64,000 nucleotides of DNA from Macrostomum lignano (taxonomy: Eukaryota), in assembly GCA_002269645.1 (NCBI GenBank), contig NIVC01000245.1:310001-374000 (forward strand), read 5' to 3'. A model generated the notes under the pieces. It saw only the letters and a list, made by a program, of their open reading frames with translations, was not told where the DNA came from and ran no database searches. Within the stretch, counting starts at the first letter, position 1. Every line of letters begins with the position of its first letter. A program made the translations under genes and the position numbers. Shown here one piece after another: positions 1-51,894 of this stretch.

Positions 1-37657
<37,657 letters not shown>

Positions 37658-40195
37658 TCAGCAATGAAAATGCAGAGGCTGAACTACGAAAAACTGACGC
37701 CCAAAAAGTTAAACATTTATTAGCAAATCTATTACTGCATCGATATCAATTATAGTTGTTGCCAACTGATATAAATGATATACCATGAGTCTATGAAATT
37801 CAGTTTTTGAGGATACATTAGTGCGCTATACTTACAGATTGGTTAAATCCAAATGTCAACTGTTTATAACAAACACTAAATTGGTTCAAGCAAGAAACTC
37901 TCATTAATAATTTAGTATGTGATTTCTAACAAGGGTTGAAAGGGGAGGTAACGCAATCGATGTAGCTAGTAATTAAATTACTTTACTTAATTACTTTTAG
38001 AGCAGCTTGTAAAGAAATAAAAGTAACATGAGTAGTGACGCGCTAATATATCTGAGCATCCAATCTCAGCAACTTGGTCAGCCATTTATAACAAAATATC
38101 ACGCAAAAAAGTCGCGTGAGACAGTCTTTTGCTGCTTAATTAAGAGAAAAACCTGCGCCCTCTTCTCTGCATATTCGGCTACTTCATAAAGACAACTCAT
38201 AGAGCTGGGAAAATACACAGCTCGCACGCATACTCTGATCTGCAATAAAATACAAAAGTACAAATTAAACTCGCGTCACCGATCACGCCGTTTTCTTTGA
38301 CTGTTTTCCTCCTAGCAATTCACGCCTAGTTAGATAATTAGCGTCGTTTGCTTGATTAGAACTTTTTATCTTTTATCTGATGGCCGTATTCAACAAATGC
38401 ACTGTTAACGCGTCTGCTCAATAAGTAACAGTTTAGTAAGCTCGAAATTACTTTATTTGAGCTGGTAATAGAGCATTAAATTTGTTTTTCTAAGTTTTGG
38501 TACGTGGTTTCTGTGTTTTGACATAGGCCTTCGCGTTATGTTTTTGTCTCTTTTGATAATTGTAACCCTACACCACTGAAAAAGCCATTGGATAAGAACT
38601 AGAATTCTAAACTTGAAACTTGTAAAATTACCGTTTACTATCAAAACAGACGAATAATAAAAAAAGTGATTTTCTATTCTTTCATTACATTGATTAATGT
38701 AAGTCCAAATGACTTTTTAAATGGTGGATTGTTTAAGAATTTTGGCGTCTAACTTATAATGATTCTACTTTTATAATTGTCGATTTAAATAGTCACTTTT
38801 ATACCATATATTACCTGACTTATTCAAAGAAACCATATGTTAATTCAAATGTGCTTTAAATGAACTTTCGCTTTCGAATCGCTGATAACTATAGCTATTG
38901 CAGTTAAACAATCTTTTTATTTCTAAAACCGTTTCGCTTCGTTAACTTATAGTTCTGCCTTTCATAATAACCGGTTTTTTAAGCTCAAAAGTCAACTCTA
39001 CCAACACTTTTGATGCTAAATAAGATCCATTTCTGGCAATTTTCTGTTCAATAACTTTCTCCATCATTTTCGATTATTGATAGATTTAAATTCATTTATA
39101 AACTACTTAGTTACTGTACTGTATTAAAAAGTTTATACGCTTTGCTGTAAAAGAAGACTCAAACGGAAGTTCTTCTTTTCAAACTAATTAGACAGCCTAA
39201 CCTGTCAAATTTTTACTGACCTTCGAGTCCATTTTGGTTTTTATCTTCGTTTACTCGATCAAACCTGATATTTATTTTAGCTCTCATAATATATTCAATA
39301 TTTATGCGATTTTCTACAAACATTCATTGTAGCTGCTTGACAAAAGAAGTTTTAGAGGCGTATATTTAATTAATTATAAGGACAGTTTCTCACACAAAAC
39401 TACATGTATCACTCTTACACTGATACATGTATCATGCTTTAGCGAACTTAGCAAATTTAGAATTAAGCTACTTGGCTTTATCTTTGTGAAAGTTGCATTA
39501 GCAAATTCATTAATTAGATACTGTTAGTATTTGATTTACTCTGCCAATTTCCTCAATGATCCGTATATACGTTTACTATTGTTTGCTGAATAATACAATT
39601 GTATTTAACAATATGCCTGCCGCAATGATCAGAATAGTAAAGCAATATGATATTTATAAACACACATAGTTACGTCAAATACACCTTTGAAAACTGCCAT
39701 TGCTTTCAGCCTAGATTGAGCTATTAATAATCTAATACGGTGTTTATTATTTAATTTATTTTCGCCAAGTTTCACTGTCAATACGCTAAGATTGCATAGA
39801 AAAGAAAAGTGCGTTGACAACTTCATTCGTTCAAAGCCAAGAAGCTCAATGCAGGAAATGTTGCTCAATGGTTTGTTTGAATGATTAAAAAGGAGAGTAA
39901 CAAAAATGAGTGAAACTACGGAAGAAAGGTAGAGTTGAAATTCTAGCGCATGCATGCACAAGTACGCGTAGCTTTTATAATTTTTCAGAAGCTCAAACTA
40001 TACATGCCTATATATACATGTAGCTTGGGAATTTAAATTGTGAAAATGTATGCCATTGAAGCTTTTACGACCAGCACAATAGAAAAGGCTATAAAGGATA
40101 TATAGCACCACAATATTACTGTTGGAACTGGCAAGAACTCCTACTAAGGAACATGGAAACGTGTAAATATTTATTTGTGCCCTAGTTTCAGATAG

Positions 40196-41143
<948 letters not shown>

Positions 41144-41649
41144 CAAAGCCTCCCGTGGCTAATAGAATTATTCTACAGAAGCAACCTCAGAAACGAAGGA
41201 AAACAGGCTGTTAATTAAGAGCAAGGCCAAAGCCTATGGACCTATGCTAACTAAATTACTAATGAATCTGCATCCTGTCTTGCTCTCTTCCGCAAGGACA
41301 AGAAAGTTGGCAGGAAAAGGAAGATCGGATTGGCTGCACGTAGAGAATATGTTGCTGTTTGTCAGCATTGGTTATTACTTCAAGCATGTAAACGAGTGTA
41401 GCGACACTGATCTCGACGTTTTATCATCATGTAAATTAGCACGTAGCTTTACCCAAAACCAGCAATCACCTTCGGACCCTTTGGGCACATTCAGATGATT
41501 TTTAACAGCATTTTAACTATTATAAGTGCGCGAAAAGGCTCGAAAAAATATCTTAGTCGGGTTAAAATTGTATTTTTTACGTCAGAAGCAGAATTATAAT
41601 GGGAGTCACGAAAAGTACAAATGTGAATGAGGGTGCAAAAATTAGCGAG

Positions 41650-42235
41650 TCAGGAAGTGTCAGAATCTGAGACTCAGGTGTCAGAATGTGAGAGTCAGGA
41701 AGTGTAAGAATGTGGTGGGAGTCAGGAAGTATCAGAATGAGGGAGTAAGGAAGTGTCAGAATGTGAGAGTCAGGTGTCAGAATGTGAGAGTCAGGTGTCA
41801 GAATGTGGGAGTCAGGTGTCAGAATGTGGGAATCATATGTTAGAATGTGGGAATCAGGTGTCGGATTGTAGGAATCAGGAAGTGTCAGATTGTAGGAGTC
41901 ATTTGTCAGAATGTGGGAGTCAGGAAGTGTCAGAATGTGGAAGTCGGGTGTCAGAATGTGGAAGCCGGGTGTCAGAATGTGGAAGTCGGGTGTCAGAATG
42001 TGGGAGTCAGGAAGTGTCAGAATGTGAGAGTCAGATGTCAGTCTGTCAGAATGTGGGAGTCAGGAAGGGTCAGAATGTGATAGTCAGGTGTCGGATTGTG
42101 GGAATCAGGAAATGTCAGAATTTGGGAATTTGGAAGTGTCAGATTGTAGGAGTCATTTGTCACAATGTGAAAGTCGGGTGTCAGAATGTGAGTCAGGAAG
42201 TGTCATAATATGGGAGTCAGGTGTCAGAATGTAGG
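41650..42235. repeat. 21/24-bp minisatellite (GTCAGAATGTGGGAGTCAGG(AA)GT)
   Basis: Degenerate tandem copies. Confidence 0.88.
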
Positions 42236-43489
42236 TTTTATGTTTGAAGTGTGAAAATGGGAGTCAAAGGCTTCCGTACAGGATCTAGAACCCAAAAATT
42301 CAGAATTGCAGTAAAAATCAATCAAATGTGTAGCATAGCAGTGAAGTTTCACAATTTAGCTCCAATTTAGAGTAGGAGTTGACAAGAAATCTGAAGTATT
42401 TTTCGTTATGCGACTCAGTACAGAACCAAGTGCACCTCCTAGTGATAAGAAAGTTGTCGAAAAAACTGAAGTAGGGGCCTTAAATTGACAGGCTGTCTGT
42501 CTTAGCACCAGAATAAGCCTAAAGTCCTAAGACTTGCAAAATATGAATTTTGGCCTACATTTTATTCTTGTGGATGAGAAGTCCTTAGTCAATCAAATTT
42601 GACGCTTTTAACACATAAAAAAGGTCTATCAACCCGTGCACCTCCATTTGGGTCACTTTGTCATCTTAATTAACATGCACCAACTTAAGGAAGTCATTTC
42701 GTCATTCACCAATGTGGGAATTTTGTGTAAACTGCTTAGATATTTTTATATGAATTTTACTGTTTCCAAATCTTGTTGTCCATTCATCGGCTAATTCTCT
42801 TGTACTGTAGTACAGGGTATAGTTTCCAAATTTCCAAGTTACTACGATATCGTACTACGTATCTACACTACTGTTAAATTCATATTCATTAGTATAAATA
42901 ACTGAACAAAAGAAACTGTTGATTTATCTTCAAAGTTTGACATTTTGCTGCAAAAATTAGAAACATTTTTATAACAGTGCAGTTTAGATTACTTCAATTT
43001 TAGTGGGTTCACAAAGCTGTACATTCATTGTCCAGTCTTAAGAGTTTAAAATAACAACGCACAACACAAAGGTCAAATGTTAAAATATGCTATCATAAAC
43101 GCACTAAAATATTAGATAAGAAACTTTTTAAAGTAGAAAAAAATCAACTTTAAAAATGCAAAATTAAAAGTAATTGCTGCTATCTTGTCCTAAATGAAAG
43201 ATGATGATTTTTACGGGTTACAATGATGTAAAATTTGGTCATAAGGAAGACTTAAGAGTTATAACACCATCACCAATTGAATTGTTAATGTCGCCGATTA
43301 TTTCGTTAGTCCTCGCTACTACTTGATAGTCTTCTGCTTTTGCTGTTGTTGCCGCAGCTGCGGGAACGAAGTTTCTTTTCTAAAACGAAAATTAGAAAAA
43401 ATTGCTTTTAGTTTTTTGCAACTACTAAAAGTAGATGGCTAAATACGCAGTTATCCCTTCATTTTATAGGCAATTTAACAATAGCTGTT

Positions 43490-44325
43490 TATCCTTCAGT
43501 GTCAGTTGACAGTGACTCTTTCAGCAAGAACTGTTTATTCTTCAGTGTCAGTGACAGTGACTCCTTCAGCAAGAACTGTTTATTCTTTAGTGTCAGTGAC
43601 AGTGACTCCTTCAGCAAGAACTGTTTATTCTTTAGTGTCAGTGACAGTGACTCCTTCAGCAAGAACTGTTTATTCTTCAGTGTCAGTGACAGTGACTCCT
43701 TCAGCAAGAACTGTTTATTCTTCAGTGTCAGTGACAGTGACTCCTTCAGCAAGAACTGTTTATTCTTCAGTGTCAGTGACAGTGACTCCTTCAGCAAGAA
43801 CTGTTTATTCTTTAGTGTCAGTGACAGTGACTCCTTCAGCAAGAACTGTTTATTCTTCAGTGTCAGTGACAGTGACTCCTTCAGCAAGAACTGTTTATTC
43901 TTCAGTGTCAGTGACTCCTTCAGCAAGAACTGTTTATCCTTCAGTATCAGTGACTCCTTCAGCAAGAACTGTTTATCCTTCAGTGTCAGTGACAGTGACT
44001 CCTTCAGCAAGAACTGTTTATCCTTCAGTATCAGTGACTCCTTCAGCAAGAACTGTTTATTCTTCAGTGTAAGTGTCAGTGACTCCTTCAGCAAGAACTG
44101 TTTATCCTTCAGTATCAGTGACTCCTTCAGCAAGAACTGTTTATTCTTCAGTGTCAGTGACTCCTTCAGCAAGAACTGTTTATCCTTCAGTATCAGTGAC
44201 TCCTTCAGCAAGAACTGTTTATTCTTCAGTGTCAGTAACAGTGACCCCTTCAGCAAGAACTGTTTATTCTTCAGTGTTATTGACAGTGACTCCTTCAGCA
44301 AGAACTGTTTATCCTTCAGTGTCAG
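43490..44325. repeat. 39/45-bp minisatellite (CAGTGTCAGTGAC[AGTGAC]TCCTTCAGCAAGAACTGTTTATTCTT)
   Basis: Tandem array with a 6-nt indel variant. Confidence 0.93.
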
Positions 44326-44467
44326 CTATGCGGTCAACGAGAACCGCTATCCCAGCCTTCAGTACAGAGGTCAGAAAACTCCTCCCGCGAAGCTTCTCTA
44401 TTCGGCCCTCGGATTTTTTGAAACTTCCCAATAGCAATCCGGCCAGTTCAAGGTTTGTCTCTTTTTC

Positions 44468-44878
44468 TCAGATCTCTTCTCTCCATTTTTCCTGTTCTCT
44501 ATCCCCAAAATTACCAGCAATAGCATCATCATCCTCGGAATCTTCAACGGCAGCTCCAGTAGCTCTTTGCTGTTGGCGCTTCTGGCGCCAGCGCTTTCGA
44601 CACTTGAATTCGCAGCGTCGACACGACGGGCACTGGCACTGGCACCGGCACTCGCTAGCATGGCCGGCTTTATCAACTTCCACCCCGGCCGCTGTGCCAG
44701 CTGTCTTACTACCGCTGTCTGGCTCCGCCTCATCGTCAGAGCTGGACGGCCCGGCGGATTCGTGATAGCTGGGGGTGGCGCTGTCGCTAACGATAAAGTC
44801 TTTGTCCTCATCACCGGAGCTGCCACTGTCGTCCTTCCTCTGGTCTTTGTCTTTAGTCTTGGCGCTTGCGTCAGATTG
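44468..44878 (-). CDS. Uncharacterised acidic protein, exon 3
   Basis: Acceptor tatttataacAG|CAA (phase 0), open QSDASAKTKDK...CRCQCQCPSCRRC...EEI*. An internal donor G|GTAATT near 44510 could lead to a further exon starting at 43379. Confidence 0.6.
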   Translation of the reverse strand, partial: QSDASAKTKDKDQRKDDSGSSGDEDKDFIVSDSATPSYHESAGPSSSDDEAEPDSGSKTAGTAAGVEVDKAGHASECRCQCQCPSCRRCEFKCRKRWRQKRQQQRATGAAVEDSEDDDAIAGNFGDREQEKWREEI

Positions 44879-45024
44879 CTGTTATAAATAGGGGATAATG
44901 GGTTGATGCGCATGGGTTAAATCCAGGATCTGGGAAATCAAGCCGTACTAAAATCACAACATAGTTCGTAGTAAAGCGGCTAATTAAAACTGATCTACAA
45001 TGACACGCTGAACCCATTTAATTC

Positions 45025-45750
45025 CAACCTGACACACTGAATCAATTCAAACCCCACCTGACACACTGAATCAATTGAAACCCCACCTGACACACTGAAT
45101 CAATTCAAACCCCACCTGACACACTGAATCAATTGAAACCCCACCGGACACACTGAATCAATTCAAACCCCACCTGACACACTGAATCAATTCAAACCCC
45201 ACCTGACACACTGAATCAAATCAAACCCCACCTGACACACTGAATCAATTCAAACCCCACCTGACACACTGAATCAATTCAAACCCCACCTGACACACTG
45301 AATCAATTCAAACCCCACCTGACACACTGAATCAATTGAAACCCCACCTGACACACTGAATCAATTGAAACCCCACCTGACACACTGAATCAATTCAAAC
45401 CCCACCTGACACACTGAATCAATTGAAACCCCACCTGACACACTGGATCAATTGAAACCCCACCGGACACACTGAATCAATTGAAACCCCACCTGACACA
45501 CTGAATCGATTGAAACCCCACCTGACACACTGAATCGATTGAAACCCCACCTGACACACTGAATCAATTCAAACCCCACCTGACACACTGAATCAATTGA
45601 AACCCCACCTGACACACTGAATCAATTCAAACCCCACCTGACACACTAAATCAATTCAAACCCCACCTGACACACTGAATCAATTCAAACCCCACCTGAC
45701 ACACTGAATCAATTCAAACCCCACCTGACACACTAAATCAATTCAAACCT
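45025..45750. repeat. 29-bp minisatellite (CCCCACCTGACACACTGAATCAATTCAAA), about 25 copies
   Basis: Highly homogeneous tandem array. Confidence 0.96.
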
Positions 45751-45769
45751 CCGGCGTTTCAGCGGCGTT

Positions 45770-45995
45770 CTGTAGTCGCATAAAAGTCACAGAAACGTTT
45801 TTGCGTCACTAGAATCGTTAGTGCATCACTTCTGAGACGTTCTGGACGCGTTACAGAGTCGTTACTACCGGCCTTTAACAGACTGCTGGATCGTCATTTC
45901 TGGGCGAATAGAAGATGCATGCTCATCGACTCAGAAGTGATGCACTAACGATTCTACAGCGACGCTGAAGAGCTTCTGCGACTTTTTTGGTGATT
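45770..45995. repeat. Fold-back inverted repeat (MITE-like)
   Basis: Perfect 27-bp IR TAGAATCGTTAGTGCATCACTTCTGAG at 45810-45836 vs 45930-45956, with imperfect outward extension. Confidence 0.7.
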
Positions 45996-46466
45996 TGTAA
46001 CGTGACCTCTCGTTGTTTTATAGAGTCGTTTAGAATCACTTCTTTTATAGTTGTACCGTTTTCATCGCGCAATAAACACTCAGTTTCCTATTGAACCCTA
46101 TTTGCACTTTAACTAGCCTACTAAGTTGTAAGAAGTTAAGCGCCAGCGCAACGATTCTTGGACGACTTTTTCGCAACTCTTACGAGTCTACAACTCACGT
46201 GACGCAATTGCGATGCAACAGTCGCCTCTCCATCGCATTTGACGCGTTTGAGTTGTTAAACAGTCACAAGAGTCGCCCCAGACGCACAAGATTCACTAGA
46301 GAGTTGTTTGCAATGACTCTTGTCACATGGTATCGTTTCTAACGGGTCCACCTTGAAATTAAACTGAAGCATCAAAAACCCGGCCATAAACCCTGGCACC
46401 CAGTCACTAATAATCAACAAACTCCAATGCTACGCTTCAACAATAAAAGCAATCTGCAACTCGAAC

Positions 46467-46673
46467 CTCATCATCCTTGTCCTCTATCTCTGCAGCTTCC
46501 TCCCGAGCGGCATCGGTTTGAAATTCATCATCCGACACTGCAGCAGCCGGCTCCACAGAGAATAGCTTACGACCGTCAACCTCTCGGACAACGGTTCTCA
46601 TCCGGTCAGGTACGGGGTAGCGCCTCTCGGCTACGCCCAGGTTAATCAGACTTTCAAGCTGTTCCTCGTGCGC
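46467..46673 (-). CDS. Uncharacterised acidic protein, exon 2
   Basis: Acceptor ttttttctttAG|GCG, open AHEEQLESLINLGVAERRYPVPDR...DKDDE. Donor GAG|GTTCGA; 207 nt, phase 0-0. Confidence 0.65.
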
Positions 46674-46754
46674 CTAAAGAAAAAACACAAATTAGCTATT
46701 AAATCAGGGTATGGGCCGTCAAGCGTTTTTGCCTTAACGGCCAGATAAATAATA

Positions 46755-47125
46755 TGTCAGTCAGTCAGTCAGTCATTCAGTCAGTCAGTCAGTCAGTCAG
46801 TCAGTCAGTCAGTCAGTCAGTCAGTCAGTCAGTCAGTCAGTCAGTCAGTCAGTCAGTCAGTCAGTCAGTCAGTCAGTCAGTCAGTCAGTCAGTCAGTCAG
46901 TCAGTCAGTCAGTCAGTCAGTCAGTCAGTCAGTCAGTCAGTCAGTCAGTCAGTCAGTCAGTCAGTCAGTCAGTCAGTCAGTCAGTCAGTCAGTCAGTCAG
47001 TCAGTCAGTCAGTCAGTCAGTCAGTCAGTCAGTCAGTCAGTCAGTCAGTCAGTCAGTCAGTCAGTCAGTCAGTCAGTCAGTCAGTCAGTCAGTCAGTCAG
47101 TCAGTCAGTCAGTCAGTCAGTCAGT
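46755..47125. repeat. (TCAG)n microsatellite
   Basis: Near-perfect run within intron 1 of the minus-strand gene. Confidence 0.98.
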
Positions 47126-47151
47126 CTTTTGTAAGCCAAAAGAATGCTCAC

Positions 47152-47403
47152 CTGCTCGTGTAGATCTAACCTAACAAGATGCTCTTCCTCATCATCGGAG
47201 AGGACCATTGAGCGCCGGTTTTTATGCGGACTGATGATCTCATCATCATCATCAATTACATCAGATTCTAATCCAATACTGTTTCCACAAACAATTGAAA
47301 ATGAAGATTTAGTTTTTGGAACTGTAGCCTCGGCAATCTCACTGTCGAAATTGCTTGAACTATTGCTATCAGTATTGCAGCTCTGCAACTTTTGACTAGT
47401 CAT
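47152..47403 (-). CDS. Uncharacterised acidic protein, first coding exon
   Basis: ATG at 47403, MTSQKLQSC...SDDEEEHLVRLDLHEQ. Donor CAG|GTGAGC; 252 nt, phase 0. Confidence 0.65.
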
Positions 47404-48477
47404 AATTTCAACTGAATGAGCAATATGTTTGATCTTTATAAGTGTTTAACAAACTTAGACAGGCAGGAAATGATAAAATTGGTGCACAGATTGAATTGGA
47501 TTTTAAACAGTATAAAAATTACAACAAAAAATCACTTTAACTAACTTTATTGACATCAGTGCATGCGCCTAAATGACTGGATATTATTATTAGCTGCTAA
47601 AAATAGAAACTGTATATGTATAAGTTTAAAATATGACTTCTTGCTTTGCACCAGCACCAATCAAGCTTGTTAATTTACAAATTGCAGCTTGGTTTCATTT
47701 CCAATTTTTAACCAACTGTTTTTTATACCCTTTAGATATTGTCTGAGGCTTTATCAATTTGATTTCTAGAAGAGTAACAATTTTTCTAAACATGGCTTTC
47801 TTTAACTACATAGTTAAGCCTAGAAAAATATCCTGCTAACTAGTTTGTCTTGAGTTAAATATATTTTCTTTTAATATGTTAAATACTTTCATTTTGAAGG
47901 GATATTATAGACTAAACTATGTGGTATATAATATAAGGCTTAAGATTATAGTCACCTCTTATCTACTAGTTGGCACTGTTTTTTTAGCTACTAGATTTGG
48001 TGACTACAAACTCAGACTTTGGCAACACTATTTGGCATGGATTTTATAGGTTCACATCTAATATTAACAGTAGAACTACCAAGAGAGAGAGAGCTTCCCC
48101 CCCCCTGACATTTTTTCTACAATGGAATGGAGCAACGCAGGCACACAAAATTCAAGAACACGGGGCTAACTTTTTTTGCCCACCTTCTCAAACAAGAATC
48201 ACTCCCCTCTAGACCATCAAGATATTCAACAATTCTGCTAGGTCATATTTTTCCCATAAGCACTAGTGTATTCAGTACACCCCTGTGCACCAATCAGTGC
48301 TGCACCTTAGTGTAGTCTTGCCAAGCCTCCAAATTTCATTAGCATGTTGACCACATGTGTCTACATCAGCTCTGACTTGATTAGATATATAACAATTGAA
48401 CACATTGTATTAAGATATAAGAAGGCTTTTGGGAGGAATAGAGTTTAAAGAGTCAAGAGAATTAGGGGTTATGGACT

Positions 48478-48830
48478 GATCTCTACCTATAAAAATCAAA
48501 ACTCTGTCTGTCTGTCTGTCTGTGGACAAATTACTTCGCTATGGACTCCCAAACCGCTCAACCAAATTACACCAAACTTTACACCCACCCTAAACTTACT
48601 ACGGAGAATGTCTTAGGCCACCTTTAAATTTCCTAGACTCAAGTCTTCCTACCTAAAAGTACAAAAAACTGCTCAAAATGCGCGATATTTTCACTTAATC
48701 CTCCATAGCGCCGCTCCACTTCTACCGATTCTCTTCAAATTTGACACAGATAATCTTCAACTATTGTGGCACAATCATGTAAAATTTCGAGTCTCAAAGT
48801 TAATCCTGAGCGGTGCTGTGCACTTTTAAA
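48478..48830. mobile_element. Possible non-autonomous Helitron/Helentron-like (DINE-1-style) element
   Basis: CTATAAAA, then (TCTG)n, then two related cores (ACCGCTCAACCAAATTACACCAAACTT and ACCGATTCTCTTCAAATTT). Resemblance only; ends not defined. Confidence 0.3.
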
Positions 48831-49640
48831 GTTAGGCTGTTTTTTCAGCATAGCAACCACCCCAACCTCCGCCCGCCTGCCTCTCTTTCCCGATCCCGAT
48901 CTGGGCCCAGATGTGTAAAAGGGTTTCAAAATTGACTAACTTTCAGCTGCCATAAGTTTGCTCCACGTAAAGCGATTGACTTTAAATTCTTCATTGACTC
49001 ATTCTCTGTCTAAATGTAAAGTTTCAACTTTGTAACTCAACCGAAAAAGAAACTGTAAGCATGTGAAGTTTGTCTGCTTTTTCTGTTGTTTGTGCCACTC
49101 ACTCATTCCCCCAGAGCCAGACGAAGGGTCAGGCGATAGGACTGAATGTACATAGCGAATGTACAGTGTTTTGGAATAACTTTTTAATAGCCTTCTCTGC
49201 ACCCCGAGAGTGGAGAGGCTACGTTTAGCCATAACAGTTTAGTGAGAAATTCTAACCACTGTCCTCTGTATTGGCAAACTCTGCAGCAGTTTAACAGTGG
49301 ATGGCAATTGGCAAATCGAGGGAATCCACTATCCAGCATGGTTTGTAAAAGCGAAAGATTTATGAAAAGGCGATGCGATGCAATGCAATACAACCCTACT
49401 AAATTAGGCACACCATGGAAATTTTAGGTTTCTTTTAAAGGTACTGTGTAAATATTAAATGGCCTCCTAAGAAATGCGTATTTCCTTGGTTGTTAGACTG
49501 ATGCAGACTGCAGTGGAGCTGAAGATACACAAATTCCTTTCAGGGCTGCAAATTGGCAAGAAAGATGACGTGATCAAAGCATGAGAACAACCATGAGAGT
49601 ACTACGTCCCACAAACTGGCTTTCCAAGCAGGGATGGGCA

Positions 49641-49906
49641 CATACATGCGCAACTGCTGGCCGACCTGGCCGATCTGGCCACCGTAAATTGTGGTGGACC
49701 AGGGGTAAGTCGCAAAAATTCCCAGCCTGAAGAATACAGACATAGTACTAATTAGATGACGAGGCATTTATACCTTATAAGACAGTCATAGTTACTCTTG
49801 CCGTTTACCCAAAATTGCGTTAGGGTTTCTTTTACAGGTAAGTCGCATTTTTGGTCAAAAAGTAAGTCGCATGGCCAGTGTAAATCAGGGGGGTTGCGCA
49901 TGTATG
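49641..49906. mobile_element. hAT-type MITE, copy 1
   Basis: 14-bp TIR CATACATGCGCAAC / GTTGCGCATGTATG; perfect 8-bp TSD GATGGGCA (49633-49640, 49907-49914). Confidence 0.92.
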
Positions 49907-49979
49907 GATGGGCAGACTTTTACCTCAAAGGCCAGATAAAGAATCCAGCTCATAGCTGAGGGGCAGATGAAAGTGGAAA

Positions 49980-50880
<901 letters not shown>

Positions 50881-51629
50881 ATTGAAATTTTAAAGGATCA
50901 AAGAGACGTAGGGAGAGTCAGGGAGAGACCAGAGTTTAGCAATATATGTTTTAGAGTCAGACAGACATTGCCTGACATTCTGCGCAGTACCCCAGCCAAC
51001 AATGTCTCAAACCCTAATTTTACACGAATGTGCTCCATTTTATGTCTACCTCTATCCTAATAACTACATGTATTAACAAGTTTTTGTTTGTGTATGGCCT
51101 TAGATTTCAGAATACATGCAAAAGTAGTTCCAGGTATTGGAATTCCCCGGGTTCAAAATCCGCGGGTTTCAACAGCTTGTGGCTTATAATGAAAAGAAGG
51201 AATTAAGGAGGGTATAATACATGGCATGTCTTGAGGAAAGGCAATAGTGCTTGAGTAGTCACAAGTATGTTGTGCTTAGAATTAAGGCTTTAGAAAAAAT
51301 GATAAGGCTATCAACATGCCATAACTAGATTGCTAAATTAAAAAAAATAAATATTATTTAAAGTACTCTATAAGCCTTGAATTTTTTATATAGTACTTTA
51401 ACAATGAATATTTTAAATGATAGTTGATCTAATGAACAACCATAGCAAGTTCTTAGTCTTTAATTTATAGTTAAATCTGATGCTAAGCTGGGGATTTTTG
51501 TACACAGTGTGCATAGGCCTATGCATCTTAAAAATGAAATTGCACCCTGAAATTTAAAAAGTGGATAGAAGTACAATAGGGCTTAAGTAATGAGTAAGAG
51601 AATTTTGATGGAAATAAATTTGCACCAAT

Positions 51630-51894
51630 CATACAAGTGCAACTACTGGCCGACCTGGCCAATTTAGCCACCATAAATTGTGGTAGACTAGGGGTAAGTC
51701 AAAAAAATGCCCAGCCTAAAGAATACAGACATAGTACTAATTAGATGATAAGACATTTAGCCCTTATAAGACAGTCATAGTTACTCCTGCCATTTACCAA
51801 AAATTGCATTGGGGTTTCTTTCATAGGTAAGTCCCATTTTTGGTCAAAAGTAAGTTGCATGGCCAGTGTAAATCAGGGGGGTTGCGCATGTATG
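51630..51894. mobile_element. hAT-type MITE, copy 2 (same family as 49641-49906)
   Basis: Colinear with copy 1 over about 265 bp; TIR CATACAAGTGCAAC / GTTGCGCATGTATG; decayed TSD GCACCAAT / ATACCAAT. Confidence 0.88.
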
